Shown: positions 37,590 to 47,779 of the stretch, piece by piece | Layout: each line of letters begins with the position of its first letter | Position numbering within the stretch: the first letter of the stretch is position 1 | DNA from: Candidatus Phycocordibacter aenigmaticus | GTDB lineage: Bacteria; Patescibacteriota; Minisyncoccia; Phycocordibacterales; Phycocordibacteraceae | Length of the DNA: 64,000 nucleotides | Reading direction: 5' to 3' | Assembly (NCBI GenBank): GCA_045401115.1 | Contig: CP174359.1 | Location: forward strand, 355,247 to 419,246 | Position numbers and translations under genes: made by a program | The notes under the pieces: generated by a model | What the model was told of the DNA's origin: nothing | Databases searched by the model: none | The model's input: only the letters and a program-made list of their open reading frames with translations

Positions 37590-38096
37590 ATGGAGAAAAA
37601 AGTTTCCGTGAGTTTGGTAGACCAGCCAAACTATTCCTATACGCTTACTGAGCCGGTAGGGAAGAATTTTGACCCTGAATTTACGCCACACCTTACCCCC
37701 AAAGAGATGCTTGAGTTGGGCGTATTTTGTGGTCAATATATGCGCGACGGTGCCAAGGAATTTCCTGACTCATGGTTTACAAAAGCAAAGTTTACTAAAG
37801 GAGACAAAGCGGATTGCTCACTCAACTATTTTAAGGTGAATGCAAGCCAACCGCTTAGCGCATGGCAGGAAAAAGGATGGATACATCCAGACGATCCACG
37901 TGGGTGGTTTCAGTGGTACTGTCGGTATTACATGGGAAGGCGTCATGAGGATGATGAACGACAAATAAAGCGATGGAAGGCGTTTAGACGCCATGCAGCA
38001 CAAGTGCGAAACAACTGCGAGAGAGGAGATATGGGTTGTCGGTCCAAACAGCGCCAGGCCCTTCTGCACTGGGCATATGATAGTCGAAAATTATAA
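37590..38096 (+). CDS. Conserved hypothetical protein (DPRGWFQWYCRYYMGRR motif)
   Basis: 168-aa ORF with a conserved-looking aromatic/Arg-rich core. Function unknown. Confidence 0.8.
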   Translation: MEKKVSVSLVDQPNYSYTLTEPVGKNFDPEFTPHLTPKEMLELGVFCGQYMRDGAKEFPDSWFTKAKFTKGDKADCSLNYFKVNASQPLSAWQEKGWIHPDDPRGWFQWYCRYYMGRRHEDDERQIKRWKAFRRHAAQVRNNCERGDMGCRSKQRQALLHWAYDSRKL

Positions 38097-38122
38097 AAAC
38101 CCGGTTTCGCCGGGTTTTTATA

Positions 38123-38593
38123 TTAACTACCTTTCACTTTCACTTTCGTTTGCCTGTCTTTATTTAACTTCGGTAGTTTTATAGTGAGTAGGCCATGTTT
38201 TTCATTTGCTTCGGCACCATCAACATCAATTTCCGCCGGTAGGACGATGGTTCGTGAGAATCCACCCCAGAAAAGCTCACGGTACACATAGTCATCCTCA
38301 TCAATCTCTTTTTGTTCAACACGTTTTCCGCTAATAGTAACCATGTCGCGCGTAATCGATATATCAAGGTCGTCAGGACGTACGCCAGCTACCAATGCGC
38401 GAATAATGATATCACTGTCGTTTTGGTATACGTCGACAGTCAATTGTGCTTCTCCTGGTTCCTCTACTGGTTCAGGGTGAGTTTCGTCTTGTTGTTGATG
38501 TTGTATCGAAGGCTCAGCGGTTTCCTCAAAATCAAAGCTGTCGTCGTATTGCGTCCCAGTGAGTCTATCGAAGAATGAAGGTTTTTTAGGCAT
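38123..38593 (-). CDS. Hsp20/alpha-crystallin small heat shock protein
   Basis: VDVY, GV.PDDLDI, FSRTIVLP and HGLLTIKLPK motifs. Confidence 0.9.
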   Translation of the reverse strand: MPKKPSFFDRLTGTQYDDSFDFEETAEPSIQHQQQDETHPEPVEEPGEAQLTVDVYQNDSDIIIRALVAGVRPDDLDISITRDMVTISGKRVEQKEIDEDDYVYRELFWGGFSRTIVLPAEIDVDGAEANEKHGLLTIKLPKLNKDRQTKVKVKGS

Positions 38594-38615
38594 ACTAATT
38601 TTATTATGTAATAAT

Positions 38616-39341
38616 TTATTTTCTTAAGAATATTTTTTTCCACCAAGCAGGTCGGCTAATTGACTTTACTCTCTCAAGTATGAGTAACAGAAATACAATA
38701 CCTACCCATACCGCTGCAAAAATGGTCAAGAGCAAGTCTGCGCGTGTATTAATTATAGAGAAATTAAAAACAGCGTGCAACAGAATGGCGAGGATAACTC
38801 CCACAGTACCATACAGTATTTGTATACTTTTTCGTTTATAGAACGCAAAGGCAAGTGCGCCGGCAATTACTGCACTTGAAAGTACATGAATGAGTGTTGC
38901 GCCTAAGAATCGAAGATTGCCCGTTATTAATCCGTGCTCAAATTGACCTTGTGCAAGCGGAGTAAGAAGAAAGAGCATATTTTCAAGTGCCGCAAAACCA
39001 AGCGCAACGGTAATAAAATAAATAGGAACATCAATTGGTTCATCAACTGCACGATTACGCAGCGCCACGAGCCACGCTGCACCGAATTTAAGTAGTTCTT
39101 CCGCTGCGGCCCAGATAAGAAGGAGCGGAAACCCAAGTGCAAAATACGTCGCAGCAAATTTTTGTATGGGGAGTACCAAAAGAACACACAACATACCGGC
39201 TCCAAACGTTTTTAATAGAAGTAGTCGTGGTTCAGGTCGCTTAAGATCCTGTAAAAGCCAGAACCCAAGCCAGATAAGCGCAGGGATAAAGCCAATTAAA
39301 AAGGCGTACCCAAATGATTGGACCCAAGAAAAATCAAACAT
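38616..39341 (-). CDS. PrsW-family intramembrane protease
   Basis: EELLK, LGFAALEN, H and LHAVFN motifs. Confidence 0.9.
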   Translation of the reverse strand: MFDFSWVQSFGYAFLIGFIPALIWLGFWLLQDLKRPEPRLLLLKTFGAGMLCVLLVLPIQKFAATYFALGFPLLLIWAAAEELLKFGAAWLVALRNRAVDEPIDVPIYFITVALGFAALENMLFLLTPLAQGQFEHGLITGNLRFLGATLIHVLSSAVIAGALAFAFYKRKSIQILYGTVGVILAILLHAVFNFSIINTRADLLLTIFAAVWVGIVFLLLILERVKSISRPAWWKKIFLRK

Positions 39342-39368
39342 GAGTATATTGTAGCAGTCTTGTTGAGA

Positions 39369-41513
39369 CTATTCTGTGTCTTTTACAGGCCAAGTTGAGA
39401 CCATAAGTATATCGGAATTTTTTTTCGGCAAGCTTTGCCAAATCTCCTCCGTGATAAACGGCATAAACGGGTGAAGCACTTTCAACGAAGTGGTGAGTAT
39501 TTCGTAGAGCGCGTGCTGACGTGATAGTTTCGCCGTTTGATCCTCTCCTTGGAGAATTGGTTTTGATTCTTCAAGTATCGTGTCGGCAATTTCATGCCAG
39601 ATATGGTGATATATTTTTTCAGATGCAAGGTGGAAACGGAATGCCTCTAAATCATGAGTAATATCGGTAAGAGTGTCATAGTGTTCACCAAGACGTTCTT
39701 TATCTTTTTCAGTGTGAACAATTTCTTTTTCAAAATTAATTTCTTCGGTTTCAGTTAAGATAAAACGGGTAATATTCCACAGTTTGTTTGCAAACTTTTT
39801 ATATGCATTCACTTTATTTGGATCAAGGTTAAAATCGGTTCCAGGAGTATTACCAACCACAAGACCCATGCGTAATGCATCAGTTCCGTATGTATCGGTG
39901 ATTTCAAGCGGGCTCACAACATTTCCTTTAGACTTAGACATTTTCTGACCTTTTGAGTCGCGTACAAGTCCATGAAGATACACATACTGAAATGGTGATT
40001 TTCCAGTCATGTATATACCGAGCATCATCATACGGGCTACCCAGAACTGTAAAATATCAGCACCGGTTTCCATGACTGTAGTAGGATAATATGTCTCGAA
40101 ATCTTCACTTGTAGGGAAGTTGAGTGTTGCAAGCGGCCATTGACCTGAAGAGAACCATGTGTCAAACGTATCGGTATCTGCAACCATTTCTCCGTTACAT
40201 TTCTCGCATACGGTAACCGTGTCTTCAATATCTACTACTGCATGATCGCAACTGGTGCAGATTTTTGCAGGGATAGGGATTCCCCAAACAATTTGTCTAG
40301 AAATATTCCAGTCACGAATATTTGAAAGCCAATGGCGTAGTGTTTTTTCGTGCTGTTCAGTGAGCACTACTGTTTCTTTTGTATCAAGGGCTTCAAGCGC
40401 TTTTTTTGCAAGTGGCTCCATCTTAATGAACCATTGGTCTCGCACCTGCGGTTCAATTTCACGGTTGCATTTATAGCACACAGGTACGGTATGTGTGTAT
40501 GCCTCATCAATTTTTACTAAAAGACCTTTTTCTTTTAGTTTCTCTACAATTTTTTCTCTTGCAGTGGTAATAGGCATTCCAGAAAATTCTTCGGCAATAG
40601 GGAGAAGTTTTCCTTGCCAGTCAATAATTTGCTCCATATCGAGGTCATGGCGCTGTGCAATTTCAAAGTCAATTTCTGAATGCCAAGGAGTGATAGTCAT
40701 CGCGCCAGTCCCCATTTCAGGGTCGCCAGCTTCGTCTTTAATAACGGTCGCAGTAATTGGGCCGTTAATCCACTCAAGATCTATAGTTTGTCCGTGTTCA
40801 TATTCTGCGTAACGTTCATCATCAGGATGTACTACTACATATTTATCACCAAACTTTGTCTCTGGTCGAGCGGTACCAATAACAAATGGTCCGTATTGGA
40901 AGTAGTAAAAAGTATCAACACGTTCTTCATGACTAGTTTCAAGGTTTGAAAGTGATGTTTGATGTTTTGGGCACCAGTTTACCGTTCGTTTTCCACGGTA
41001 GAGTAATTCATCATCGCTGAGTTTTTTAAATGTGTTGTACACCAGACGTACCACCCGTTCATCAAGAGTAAATAGATTGCGTGACCAGTCACATGAGGCG
41101 CCAAGTTGTCGTACCTGGTTCTCCATAAACGATTTATTAAAAAGTGTAAAATCTAGGATTTCTTTATAGAGATCTTCACGATCCATACCAAAGCGTGTAC
41201 GCCCTTCTTTTTGGAGTTTTTTCTCGTATACGACTTGTGTTTCAAAACCTGCATGGTCGGCTCCAGGTAACCATAATGCTTGTTTACCTTGCATGCGCGC
41301 AAGGCGAATCATGATGTCTTGGAGTGTAACGAAAAGCGCATGACCTGCGTGTAGACTCCCATTTGCGTTTGGTGGAGGCATGACAATGGTATACGGCTCA
41401 GACCGCTCTCCGGGGAGATTATCGGGGTTAAAGTAACCGCTCTCTTCCCAAAGTTTGTAGATTGCCTCCTCGGTATTTTGTGGGTCGTATGGTTTTAAAA
41501 ACTTATCGTGCAT
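39369..41513 (-). CDS. valS: Valine-tRNA ligase (short form)
   Basis: PPPNANGSLHAGH, DWNISRQI.WG, DTWFSS and KMSKS motifs. Confidence 0.93.
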   Translation of the reverse strand: MHDKFLKPYDPQNTEEAIYKLWEESGYFNPDNLPGERSEPYTIVMPPPNANGSLHAGHALFVTLQDIMIRLARMQGKQALWLPGADHAGFETQVVYEKKLQKEGRTRFGMDREDLYKEILDFTLFNKSFMENQVRQLGASCDWSRNLFTLDERVVRLVYNTFKKLSDDELLYRGKRTVNWCPKHQTSLSNLETSHEERVDTFYYFQYGPFVIGTARPETKFGDKYVVVHPDDERYAEYEHGQTIDLEWINGPITATVIKDEAGDPEMGTGAMTITPWHSEIDFEIAQRHDLDMEQIIDWQGKLLPIAEEFSGMPITTAREKIVEKLKEKGLLVKIDEAYTHTVPVCYKCNREIEPQVRDQWFIKMEPLAKKALEALDTKETVVLTEQHEKTLRHWLSNIRDWNISRQIVWGIPIPAKICTSCDHAVVDIEDTVTVCEKCNGEMVADTDTFDTWFSSGQWPLATLNFPTSEDFETYYPTTVMETGADILQFWVARMMMLGIYMTGKSPFQYVYLHGLVRDSKGQKMSKSKGNVVSPLEITDTYGTDALRMGLVVGNTPGTDFNLDPNKVNAYKKFANKLWNITRFILTETEEINFEKEIVHTEKDKERLGEHYDTLTDITHDLEAFRFHLASEKIYHHIWHEIADTILEESKPILQGEDQTAKLSRQHALYEILTTSLKVLHPFMPFITEEIWQSLPKKNSDILMVSTWPVKDTE

Positions 41514-41595
41514 ATCGCGTAATTATAAAATTCATAATACCACTTTTGCCTTTATTTGCACCGTTATACAGAGGTGGAATGCTTTACAATCAATA

Positions 41596-41629
41596 ATATA
41601 AACGGCTCACCCAGGTGAGCCGTTTATAT
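41596..41629. repeat. Palindrome family copy 3
   Basis: ATATAAACGGCTCAC-CCAG-GTGAGCCGTTTATAT between divergent valS and the CAP gene. Confidence 0.85.
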
Positions 41630-41738
41630 CTATGGCATGTCCGTCCTTTAATGAGGGAAGCGACGAATAAAGTTCTATCACTGCCTAAGCTATTGCAATT
41701 ATAGCTATTATGTTGCATAATAAATATAGATAAAATAT

Positions 41739-42812
41739 ATGCTTTTTTCGCTTAAAGATTGGTTTGTTCCATGTCAACGGAACAACTATCAACCTCATTT
41801 ATTTCACACAATTACCGTTGTGGCGCTTTTTGCAACCATTATATTTTTCTTCGTAGCGGCTCAATTTCTTTCTTACGCATTGACTGATAATCAAGGGTTT
41901 TTAGCAGCGATAGTCTCTTCGGTACTTGTTGACCTGACAAACGCTGATCGTATTGACGAGGGACTTCACGGTCTTTCGGTAAATGAAAAATTGACCCATG
42001 CCGCAGCATTGAAGGCACAGCATATGGCGCAGAATGGATATTTTGCCCATGAGTCTCCCGAAGGATTTTCAGCATGGCATTGGTTAAATGAAGCGGCATA
42101 TGATTTTTCATATGCCGGTGAAAATCTCGCGGTATTTTATGGCAATTCCGAAGATGTGGCACGTGCGTGGATGAACTCTCCACAACATCGCGCAAATATT
42201 TTAAATACACAATTTACTGAAATTGGTATTGCTACTGCAGAAGGAGTATATCAAGGTCGTCCAACGACATTCGTAGTGCAGATGTTCGGTACTCCGCAGG
42301 CTGAACCTGTTGTGCCGGCAACAGTGGCGCAAGAACCTGTGCCAACAGTTTCAGAGCCTGTCGCTGTTGTTGCTGAGGTTGAAAAGGACTCAGTGGTTGA
42401 TAATGAGGCGTTTGCAATGGTGCGCGCAGAAAATAGTGTGCCGACGCCTGAAGAGGTACTTGAAAACGTAGCAGTGCTTCACCAAGAAGATAATTTTATT
42501 GCGCTTAAAAATGTAACTCCTGTAGCACCCACACAAACTAACGTAGAGCCTCAGACAAACTTCATAGAGCGGGTGGTTGCGTCACCAAAAACAACACTCG
42601 CGTACATCTATACAGTGCTCGCAGCACTCCTTAGTAGCGCGTTGGTACTTTCTGTTTTTATTGGTGCCAGTGTCCAAAGCCCGAAGAACGTGGTATCAGC
42701 ACTTGTCCTTTTGGCGATGCTTGGCGCGTTGCTCCATGTATCGCAGGTGAACACTGTGGTTGCCGACGCAGAGGAAACCAGGCGACAACATCTCCAAGAG
42801 GCGAGCTCGTAG
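41739..42812 (+). CDS. CAP (SCP/PR-1) domain membrane protein
   Basis: GYFAH, AGENLA, WMNSPQHRANIL and VQMFG motifs. Confidence 0.88.
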   Translation: MLFSLKDWFVPCQRNNYQPHLFHTITVVALFATIIFFFVAAQFLSYALTDNQGFLAAIVSSVLVDLTNADRIDEGLHGLSVNEKLTHAAALKAQHMAQNGYFAHESPEGFSAWHWLNEAAYDFSYAGENLAVFYGNSEDVARAWMNSPQHRANILNTQFTEIGIATAEGVYQGRPTTFVVQMFGTPQAEPVVPATVAQEPVPTVSEPVAVVAEVEKDSVVDNEAFAMVRAENSVPTPEEVLENVAVLHQEDNFIALKNVTPVAPTQTNVEPQTNFIERVVASPKTTLAYIYTVLAALLSSALVLSVFIGASVQSPKNVVSALVLLAMLGALLHVSQVNTVVADAEETRRQHLQEASS

Positions 42813-42830
42813 GTGCGCGTAGCGCACTGT

Positions 42831-44003
42831 TTATTCAGCGAGTGATTGCGAACCTCGCGCGTTCAGTTCTTTTTCAGTATCTGCTTTGCCGGCGCTGTGG
42901 CGCAAGTATGCGGCGATACCTATCATAATTGCATTATCTCCGGTTAGTCCGCTTTCAGGATAATGAAGCGTTATGTTTGGATGGTGAGAAACCAGTTCCT
43001 CTAATCCTTCACGGATATGTGTATTTGCCGCTACGCCGCCTCCGACCACGAGTGTTTTGGGATGTTGTATTTCAATGGCGCGTTTTGTTTTGTGCACCAA
43101 CACATCACGCGCCGCGTCTTCAAATTCGCGAGCAATATTTTCTTTATCTTCTTGTGAAAGTTCTCCCATGTCACGCACTAAGTAGAGTACAGCCGTTTTC
43201 AGACCTGAAAACGATACATCGCAACTTTCTTCGTGTAACATCGGGCGGGGAAGTGTAATAGGGTTTTCACCACCGCGCTCGCGTGCTTTTGTAGCATATG
43301 CAGATATTTCCGGCCCACCAGGATACTCAAGACCTAAGAGGCGCGCCACTTTATCAAACGCTTCACCTACGGCGTCATCGCGCGTTTGACCCACTAAATT
43401 ATATGCAAACCACTCTTTCATGGTAATAAGTTCAGTGTGTCCACCGGAAATAAGTAGTGCCAGTAATGGCAGTGCAGTGTCAGTAATATGATAGGTGTTT
43501 GGGGTGCGGAGGTCTTTTTTGAGTAGAGCAGAGGTAATGTGTCCTTCCATATGGTCAATGCCGGTCAGGGGAATATCCCAGGCAGCGCTGAGTGCTTGCG
43601 CAAAGGTAACACCGGTCCACAGTGCGGGTTCCAACCCAGGTCCGTTGGTTACAGCAATAAGGTCAATATCAGGTTTCTCGGTCGTTTCAAGGAAATCATT
43701 CACCGCTTTTTTAAATGATTCGTCACGGAGTGGTTCAAGCACATCGTCCGTTATTGTGTTGCAAGAGTCTTGTTTAAGTAGGCCTGCCTGGCGCAATGTT
43801 TCTGTGGTTAGGGGCACCAAATTTTGTTGGTGTTCACGTTTCGCAAGGGAAGGGTACACGCCGCCATACTCAGAGTGCTTAGATGCCTGAGAGTACAAGG
43901 AATCACCCAGAAGGGTATATTGGGATGATTCAATATTACCTGTCGCCTCAAGTACGGTTATTGCGGTCTCGTCACAACTGGTTTCAATGGCTAAAATTTT
44001 CAT
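42831..44003 (-). CDS. tsaD: tRNA t6A threonylcarbamoyltransferase TsaD
   Basis: ILAIETSCDET, HMEGH, SGGHT, DDAVGEAFDK and DNAIMI motifs. Confidence 0.95.
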   Translation of the reverse strand: MKILAIETSCDETAITVLEATGNIESSQYTLLGDSLYSQASKHSEYGGVYPSLAKREHQQNLVPLTTETLRQAGLLKQDSCNTITDDVLEPLRDESFKKAVNDFLETTEKPDIDLIAVTNGPGLEPALWTGVTFAQALSAAWDIPLTGIDHMEGHITSALLKKDLRTPNTYHITDTALPLLALLISGGHTELITMKEWFAYNLVGQTRDDAVGEAFDKVARLLGLEYPGGPEISAYATKARERGGENPITLPRPMLHEESCDVSFSGLKTAVLYLVRDMGELSQEDKENIAREFEDAARDVLVHKTKRAIEIQHPKTLVVGGGVAANTHIREGLEELVSHHPNITLHYPESGLTGDNAIMIGIAAYLRHSAGKADTEKELNARGSQSLAE

Positions 44004-44012
44004 ATACAGATG

Positions 44013-44213
44013 TTGTGGGCGATACAGGACTCGGCGTCAGGTTCCTAAGCTCATTCATCGCTCCGCTCTTCATTCACTAAGGACCTCCTGCCCGGCCTCG
44101 CCGACAAGCACTCGCTCTCGCTCGTCTTGTATACCGGCTCCGGCTTTCTCGTCCTGTGTCGCTGCTACAAACCTAAGTTGCATCATGCATGCGCATACTG
44201 CTCTAAGGTTTTG
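44013..44213 (-). other. tRNA-3'-associated structured element, family B
   Basis: Minus strand: antisense copy GCGACACAGGAC, core GAAAGCCGGAG...GAGGCCGGGCAGGAG...TGACGC. 21-bp direct repeat (44013-44033 = 44211-44231). Confidence 0.85.
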
Positions 44214-44287
44214 TGGGCGATACAGGACTCGAACCTGTGACCTCGTCAACGTCAATGACGCGCTCTAGCCAACTGAGCTAATCGCCC
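44214..44287 (-). tRNA. tRNA-Val(GAC)
   Basis: GGGCGAT/ATCGCCC acceptor, CGTCA-TTGACGT-TGACG anticodon arm, GGTTCGAGTCC. Confidence 0.95.
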
Positions 44288-44327
44288 TTATTATGGGTGG
44301 GTCCAGTGTAGCTATTTTTAAATCTAT

Positions 44328-44927
44328 ATGCAATTTGGCCCCACCACTATTGTGCTCTATCCCACCGATACGCTTTATGGGCTGGGTGTGGACGCTACGA
44401 GTCCTGAAGCAATAACACGCCTGCAGCATTTAAAAGGGAGAGATGATAAAAAACCCATCTCAATTGTCGTATCCGATATAGCAATGATGAATCAGTATGT
44501 TGAGGTAACTCCGCTTGCACGAAAACTTGCTGAAAAATTTTTACCCGGAAAAATTACGTTGGTGTTAAAAGCAAAGACGCGTCCAGAGAATAGAGATGAT
44601 ACACCACTTGCCTCTGGAGTGGTAAGTCAGGAGGGGACTGTGGGGATACGTATCCCGGATCGTCCAGAAGCGCTTGAACTAGTACGAGATTTGGGGCGGC
44701 CGCTCACCGCAACGAGCGCGAATGTATCAGGTAAAGCAACCGCGCGGACGCCGGAAAAGATTCTCCTCCAGTTTAACGAAAAAGCGTCCATGATCACTGA
44801 TGTAGTGAGTATCGGAAAACTTCCAATAAGTGAACCTTCCACTGTTATTGATGCGCGTGGAGAGAAACCAATAATTCTTCGTGAGGGCGCTATTCTTACC
44901 GCGACTATTAACGCAGCGGTTTTATAG
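44328..44927 (+). CDS. tsaC: L-threonylcarbamoyladenylate synthase (TsaC/Sua5)
   Basis: PTDTLYGL, KGR...KP, GIRIP, TSAN.SG and REGA motifs. Confidence 0.92.
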   Translation: MQFGPTTIVLYPTDTLYGLGVDATSPEAITRLQHLKGRDDKKPISIVVSDIAMMNQYVEVTPLARKLAEKFLPGKITLVLKAKTRPENRDDTPLASGVVSQEGTVGIRIPDRPEALELVRDLGRPLTATSANVSGKATARTPEKILLQFNEKASMITDVVSIGKLPISEPSTVIDARGEKPIILREGAILTATINAAVL

Positions 44928-45114
44928 AGAAAAATCAAGAATTGTGGATAAGGGTTGCAATTTTTAAATATATGGTGTAATTTAAGACCTGTTGCAGCCT
45001 TTAATCCAAGGCGCAGCCGATGTATAAAAATACGCGTGGGGGGATACCCCCATAAAAAGAAATCGCAAGCCCGTGAGGGCTTTTTTATGTGTCGGAAAAA
45101 AGAACAATAGATAT

Positions 45115-46893
45115 ATGGATAAAAAAACAGAACATATCCCACAGCACCCACTATTATTTGTGTGGTTTGCGACAAAACCACATAAGTGGTGGTTTTTCGG
45201 TGCCTTGCTTGCCGTCACTATTGCTAATGGTATTGGTTCAAGTATCCCGTATGTATTTGGGCGTATTGTTGATGTGGCGACACAAACCTCAAGTATGGAA
45301 ACACTTAACCTCACTGGTGTGTGGTACTGGGGCGTCATGTATATAGGCGCATTGGCTGTTATGTATGTTGCATACCGCACAAGTGGTTTTTTAGGTATGC
45401 AGTTTATAACGAGAATGCAGGCTACGGGGTATCACTCACTTTTTGCATACCTCACTAAACATAGCCATACATTCTTTTCAAATCGTTTTGCAGGAGCGTT
45501 AACCAATAAAGTGGCTAACGCTGCTTTTGGTGCAGGTAACTTTGCAGAATCATTTCTTTGGAACTACTACACTACCGTCATTACGTTCCTGGTAACCGGG
45601 GCACTTATTTTCTCAGCAAGTGTTACCGTCGGATTCGTGTTCCTCGCGCTTCTTGTAGTGCTTTTTAGTATGAACTACGTGTTAGTACAGCGTCGTCGTC
45701 CGTTAGTGGTCGCGCACGCAAAAGAAAATTCAGTGCTTCGTGGTATCGCGGTTGATATTGCAAGTAATATTAACGCAGTGCAACAATTTGCACGGCGGAA
45801 ACACGAGTTGGATTTCCTCGGAGTACAAGTTACCAAAGAGCGACTAGCTGATGTAAAGCAGTGGCGGATGAGTGAGTGGGTGTTGACGCTCAACAACGTC
45901 TTAATTGTTATTGCCGCTGCCGTCATGTTGTTTGTATTGGTACGACTTCTTGCTGCGCAAAGTATTACACTCGGGCAGTTTGTGATGGTTCTTACCTTAA
46001 TGTTTGAAGTAGTTGGTGTCCTTACTTTTATAGGGAGTCTTATGAACGGCTTTATTCGGCGTTATGGTGAAATTGAGGAAGGACTCGATGAGGTGCTCAA
46101 ACCACATGGCATCACCAATTATCCCAAAGCCGGGGATCTTGCAGTAGGCGATGGTGTGCTTTCGTTTAACGATGTCGGTTTTTCCTACGGCACACACGAT
46201 GTCTTTAAAAACTTGAATCTTACGATTAAAAGTGGAGAACGCGTTGGTGTGGTAGGTGCCTCTGGTGCTGGTAAAACAACATTGGTTTCGCTTGTACTAC
46301 GCCAGCATGACGTACATGAAGGAATGGTGGAAATTGATGGTCAGAATATTCGCAAAGTGACTCTCGACTCGCTCCGCTCTGCTATTGCCGTGGTGCCACA
46401 AGAACCAGCTCTCTTCCATAGGACTCTTAAAGAGAATATTGCCTACGGCAATCCAAACGCGACCGACGAGGAGATCGTTGAAGCCGCAAAACAGGCACAG
46501 GCGCATGCGTTTATTCAAGAACTTCCTGAAGGATATGACACTTTAGTGGGTGAGCGTGGTATTAAACTTTCTGGTGGACAACGGCAACGTATCGCTATTG
46601 CGCGTGCACTGCTTAAGAATGCGCCATTTTTGGTACTTGATGAGGCAACAAGCGCGCTTGATAGCGAAAGCGAAGTTGAGATTCAAAAAGCATTCCACAC
46701 ACTCATGGAGGGGAAGACAGTGATTGCTATTGCGCATCGCCTCTCAACACTGCGCGAGATGGACCGCATTATTGTGTTTGAAGAAGGGAAGATTGTCCAA
46801 GACGGCACCCATGAGGAACTTCTCAAAGAAGAGGGAGGAGTCTATGCACGTTTATGGAATCATCAAGCAGGTGGTTTCCTCCAGGACGATTGA
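45115..46893 (+). CDS. ABC exporter, fused permease/ATPase
   Basis: TM domain, Walker A GASGAGKT, LSGGQRQR, LDEATSALD and AHRLST. Confidence 0.93.
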   Translation: MDKKTEHIPQHPLLFVWFATKPHKWWFFGALLAVTIANGIGSSIPYVFGRIVDVATQTSSMETLNLTGVWYWGVMYIGALAVMYVAYRTSGFLGMQFITRMQATGYHSLFAYLTKHSHTFFSNRFAGALTNKVANAAFGAGNFAESFLWNYYTTVITFLVTGALIFSASVTVGFVFLALLVVLFSMNYVLVQRRRPLVVAHAKENSVLRGIAVDIASNINAVQQFARRKHELDFLGVQVTKERLADVKQWRMSEWVLTLNNVLIVIAAAVMLFVLVRLLAAQSITLGQFVMVLTLMFEVVGVLTFIGSLMNGFIRRYGEIEEGLDEVLKPHGITNYPKAGDLAVGDGVLSFNDVGFSYGTHDVFKNLNLTIKSGERVGVVGASGAGKTTLVSLVLRQHDVHEGMVEIDGQNIRKVTLDSLRSAIAVVPQEPALFHRTLKENIAYGNPNATDEEIVEAAKQAQAHAFIQELPEGYDTLVGERGIKLSGGQRQRIAIARALLKNAPFLVLDEATSALDSESEVEIQKAFHTLMEGKTVIAIAHRLSTLREMDRIIVFEEGKIVQDGTHEELLKEEGGVYARLWNHQAGGFLQDD

Positions 46894-46910
46894 ACCCTTC
46901 TCGTTTAATT

Positions 46911-46950
46911 CATTTAAAAACACTACGATTATCCGTAGTGTTTTTAAATG
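46911..46950. terminator. Bidirectional terminator hairpin
   Basis: CATTTAAAAACACTACG...CGTAGTGTTTTTAAATG between convergent genes. Confidence 0.7.
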
Positions 46951-46969
46951 AGTGGCGCTCCGCTCTTAA

Positions 46970-47779
46970 TTACTCTAATATATTTTCTTTTTTAATATAT
47001 AAACGTTCTATATATTCTTTATCTAAATATGTACGTAATGCCATTTTCCACCAGTCGTATACTTCATTGCCGGTATTTTTGTACAAAGTTTCAGCAGTGT
47101 GCAGCTTGCCGCCTCTCACTAATTCAGTGGCAGGAGGTAACATATACTTTTCAAGGAAAGGTGCTGTCTCGGAAACGAGTACCTGTAAGAGAGGATAGTG
47201 AGTATGTCTTTTATTGAAGTGCTTTATATAGTAATCATGCGGTATATCAATTTTCCCTAATACAGCATCAGATACATTAATAGTGAAAGCAGAGTTGCCA
47301 GCATAGAGTTCGTGTAAAGATTCGCATAATGCATCAAAACGGTCGAAAAATTTCACAACCTGACTTTCCAGTGTGTTTTTATGCATCACTTCCATAAGGA
47401 GAGAGCGATAGTTGTAGTTATGTATTTCTTGTGGAAATTGTGAGGCTAGTTCATTAATTGCATCTACCTCGTCTAAATCTACCTGTTGCAGCACCGCACG
47501 TCCCATTTTTGCTTTGTGTCCAGCTTGCACATCTCCTGTAATAATCTCAGCATCATCATGCACTAAAGCCATGGTAATAGCCTTTGTGGTATCGAAACTT
47601 TTATCAAAAAACTGTTCAATCAATGGCGCGGCTTTAGTTATCAAACATGCAACTTTAAGAGAGTGAAAATAAACCGTCGGACGGTAAAACATTGGGGAAT
47701 AAATATGAAATCGGCCAATCTGCTCTAGTGCTGCCTTCCTTCCTTGGAATGCGTCTAATTCTGTAATAGTAGAATTCAT
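46970..47779 (-). CDS. HD-domain phosphohydrolase (YfbR-like)
   Basis: HS..V, ALVHDDAEIITGD and E.Q.VK..D motifs. Confidence 0.8.
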   Translation of the reverse strand: MNSTITELDAFQGRKAALEQIGRFHIYSPMFYRPTVYFHSLKVACLITKAAPLIEQFFDKSFDTTKAITMALVHDDAEIITGDVQAGHKAKMGRAVLQQVDLDEVDAINELASQFPQEIHNYNYRSLLMEVMHKNTLESQVVKFFDRFDALCESLHELYAGNSAFTINVSDAVLGKIDIPHDYYIKHFNKRHTHYPLLQVLVSETAPFLEKYMLPPATELVRGGKLHTAETLYKNTGNEVYDWWKMALRTYLDKEYIERLYIKKENILE

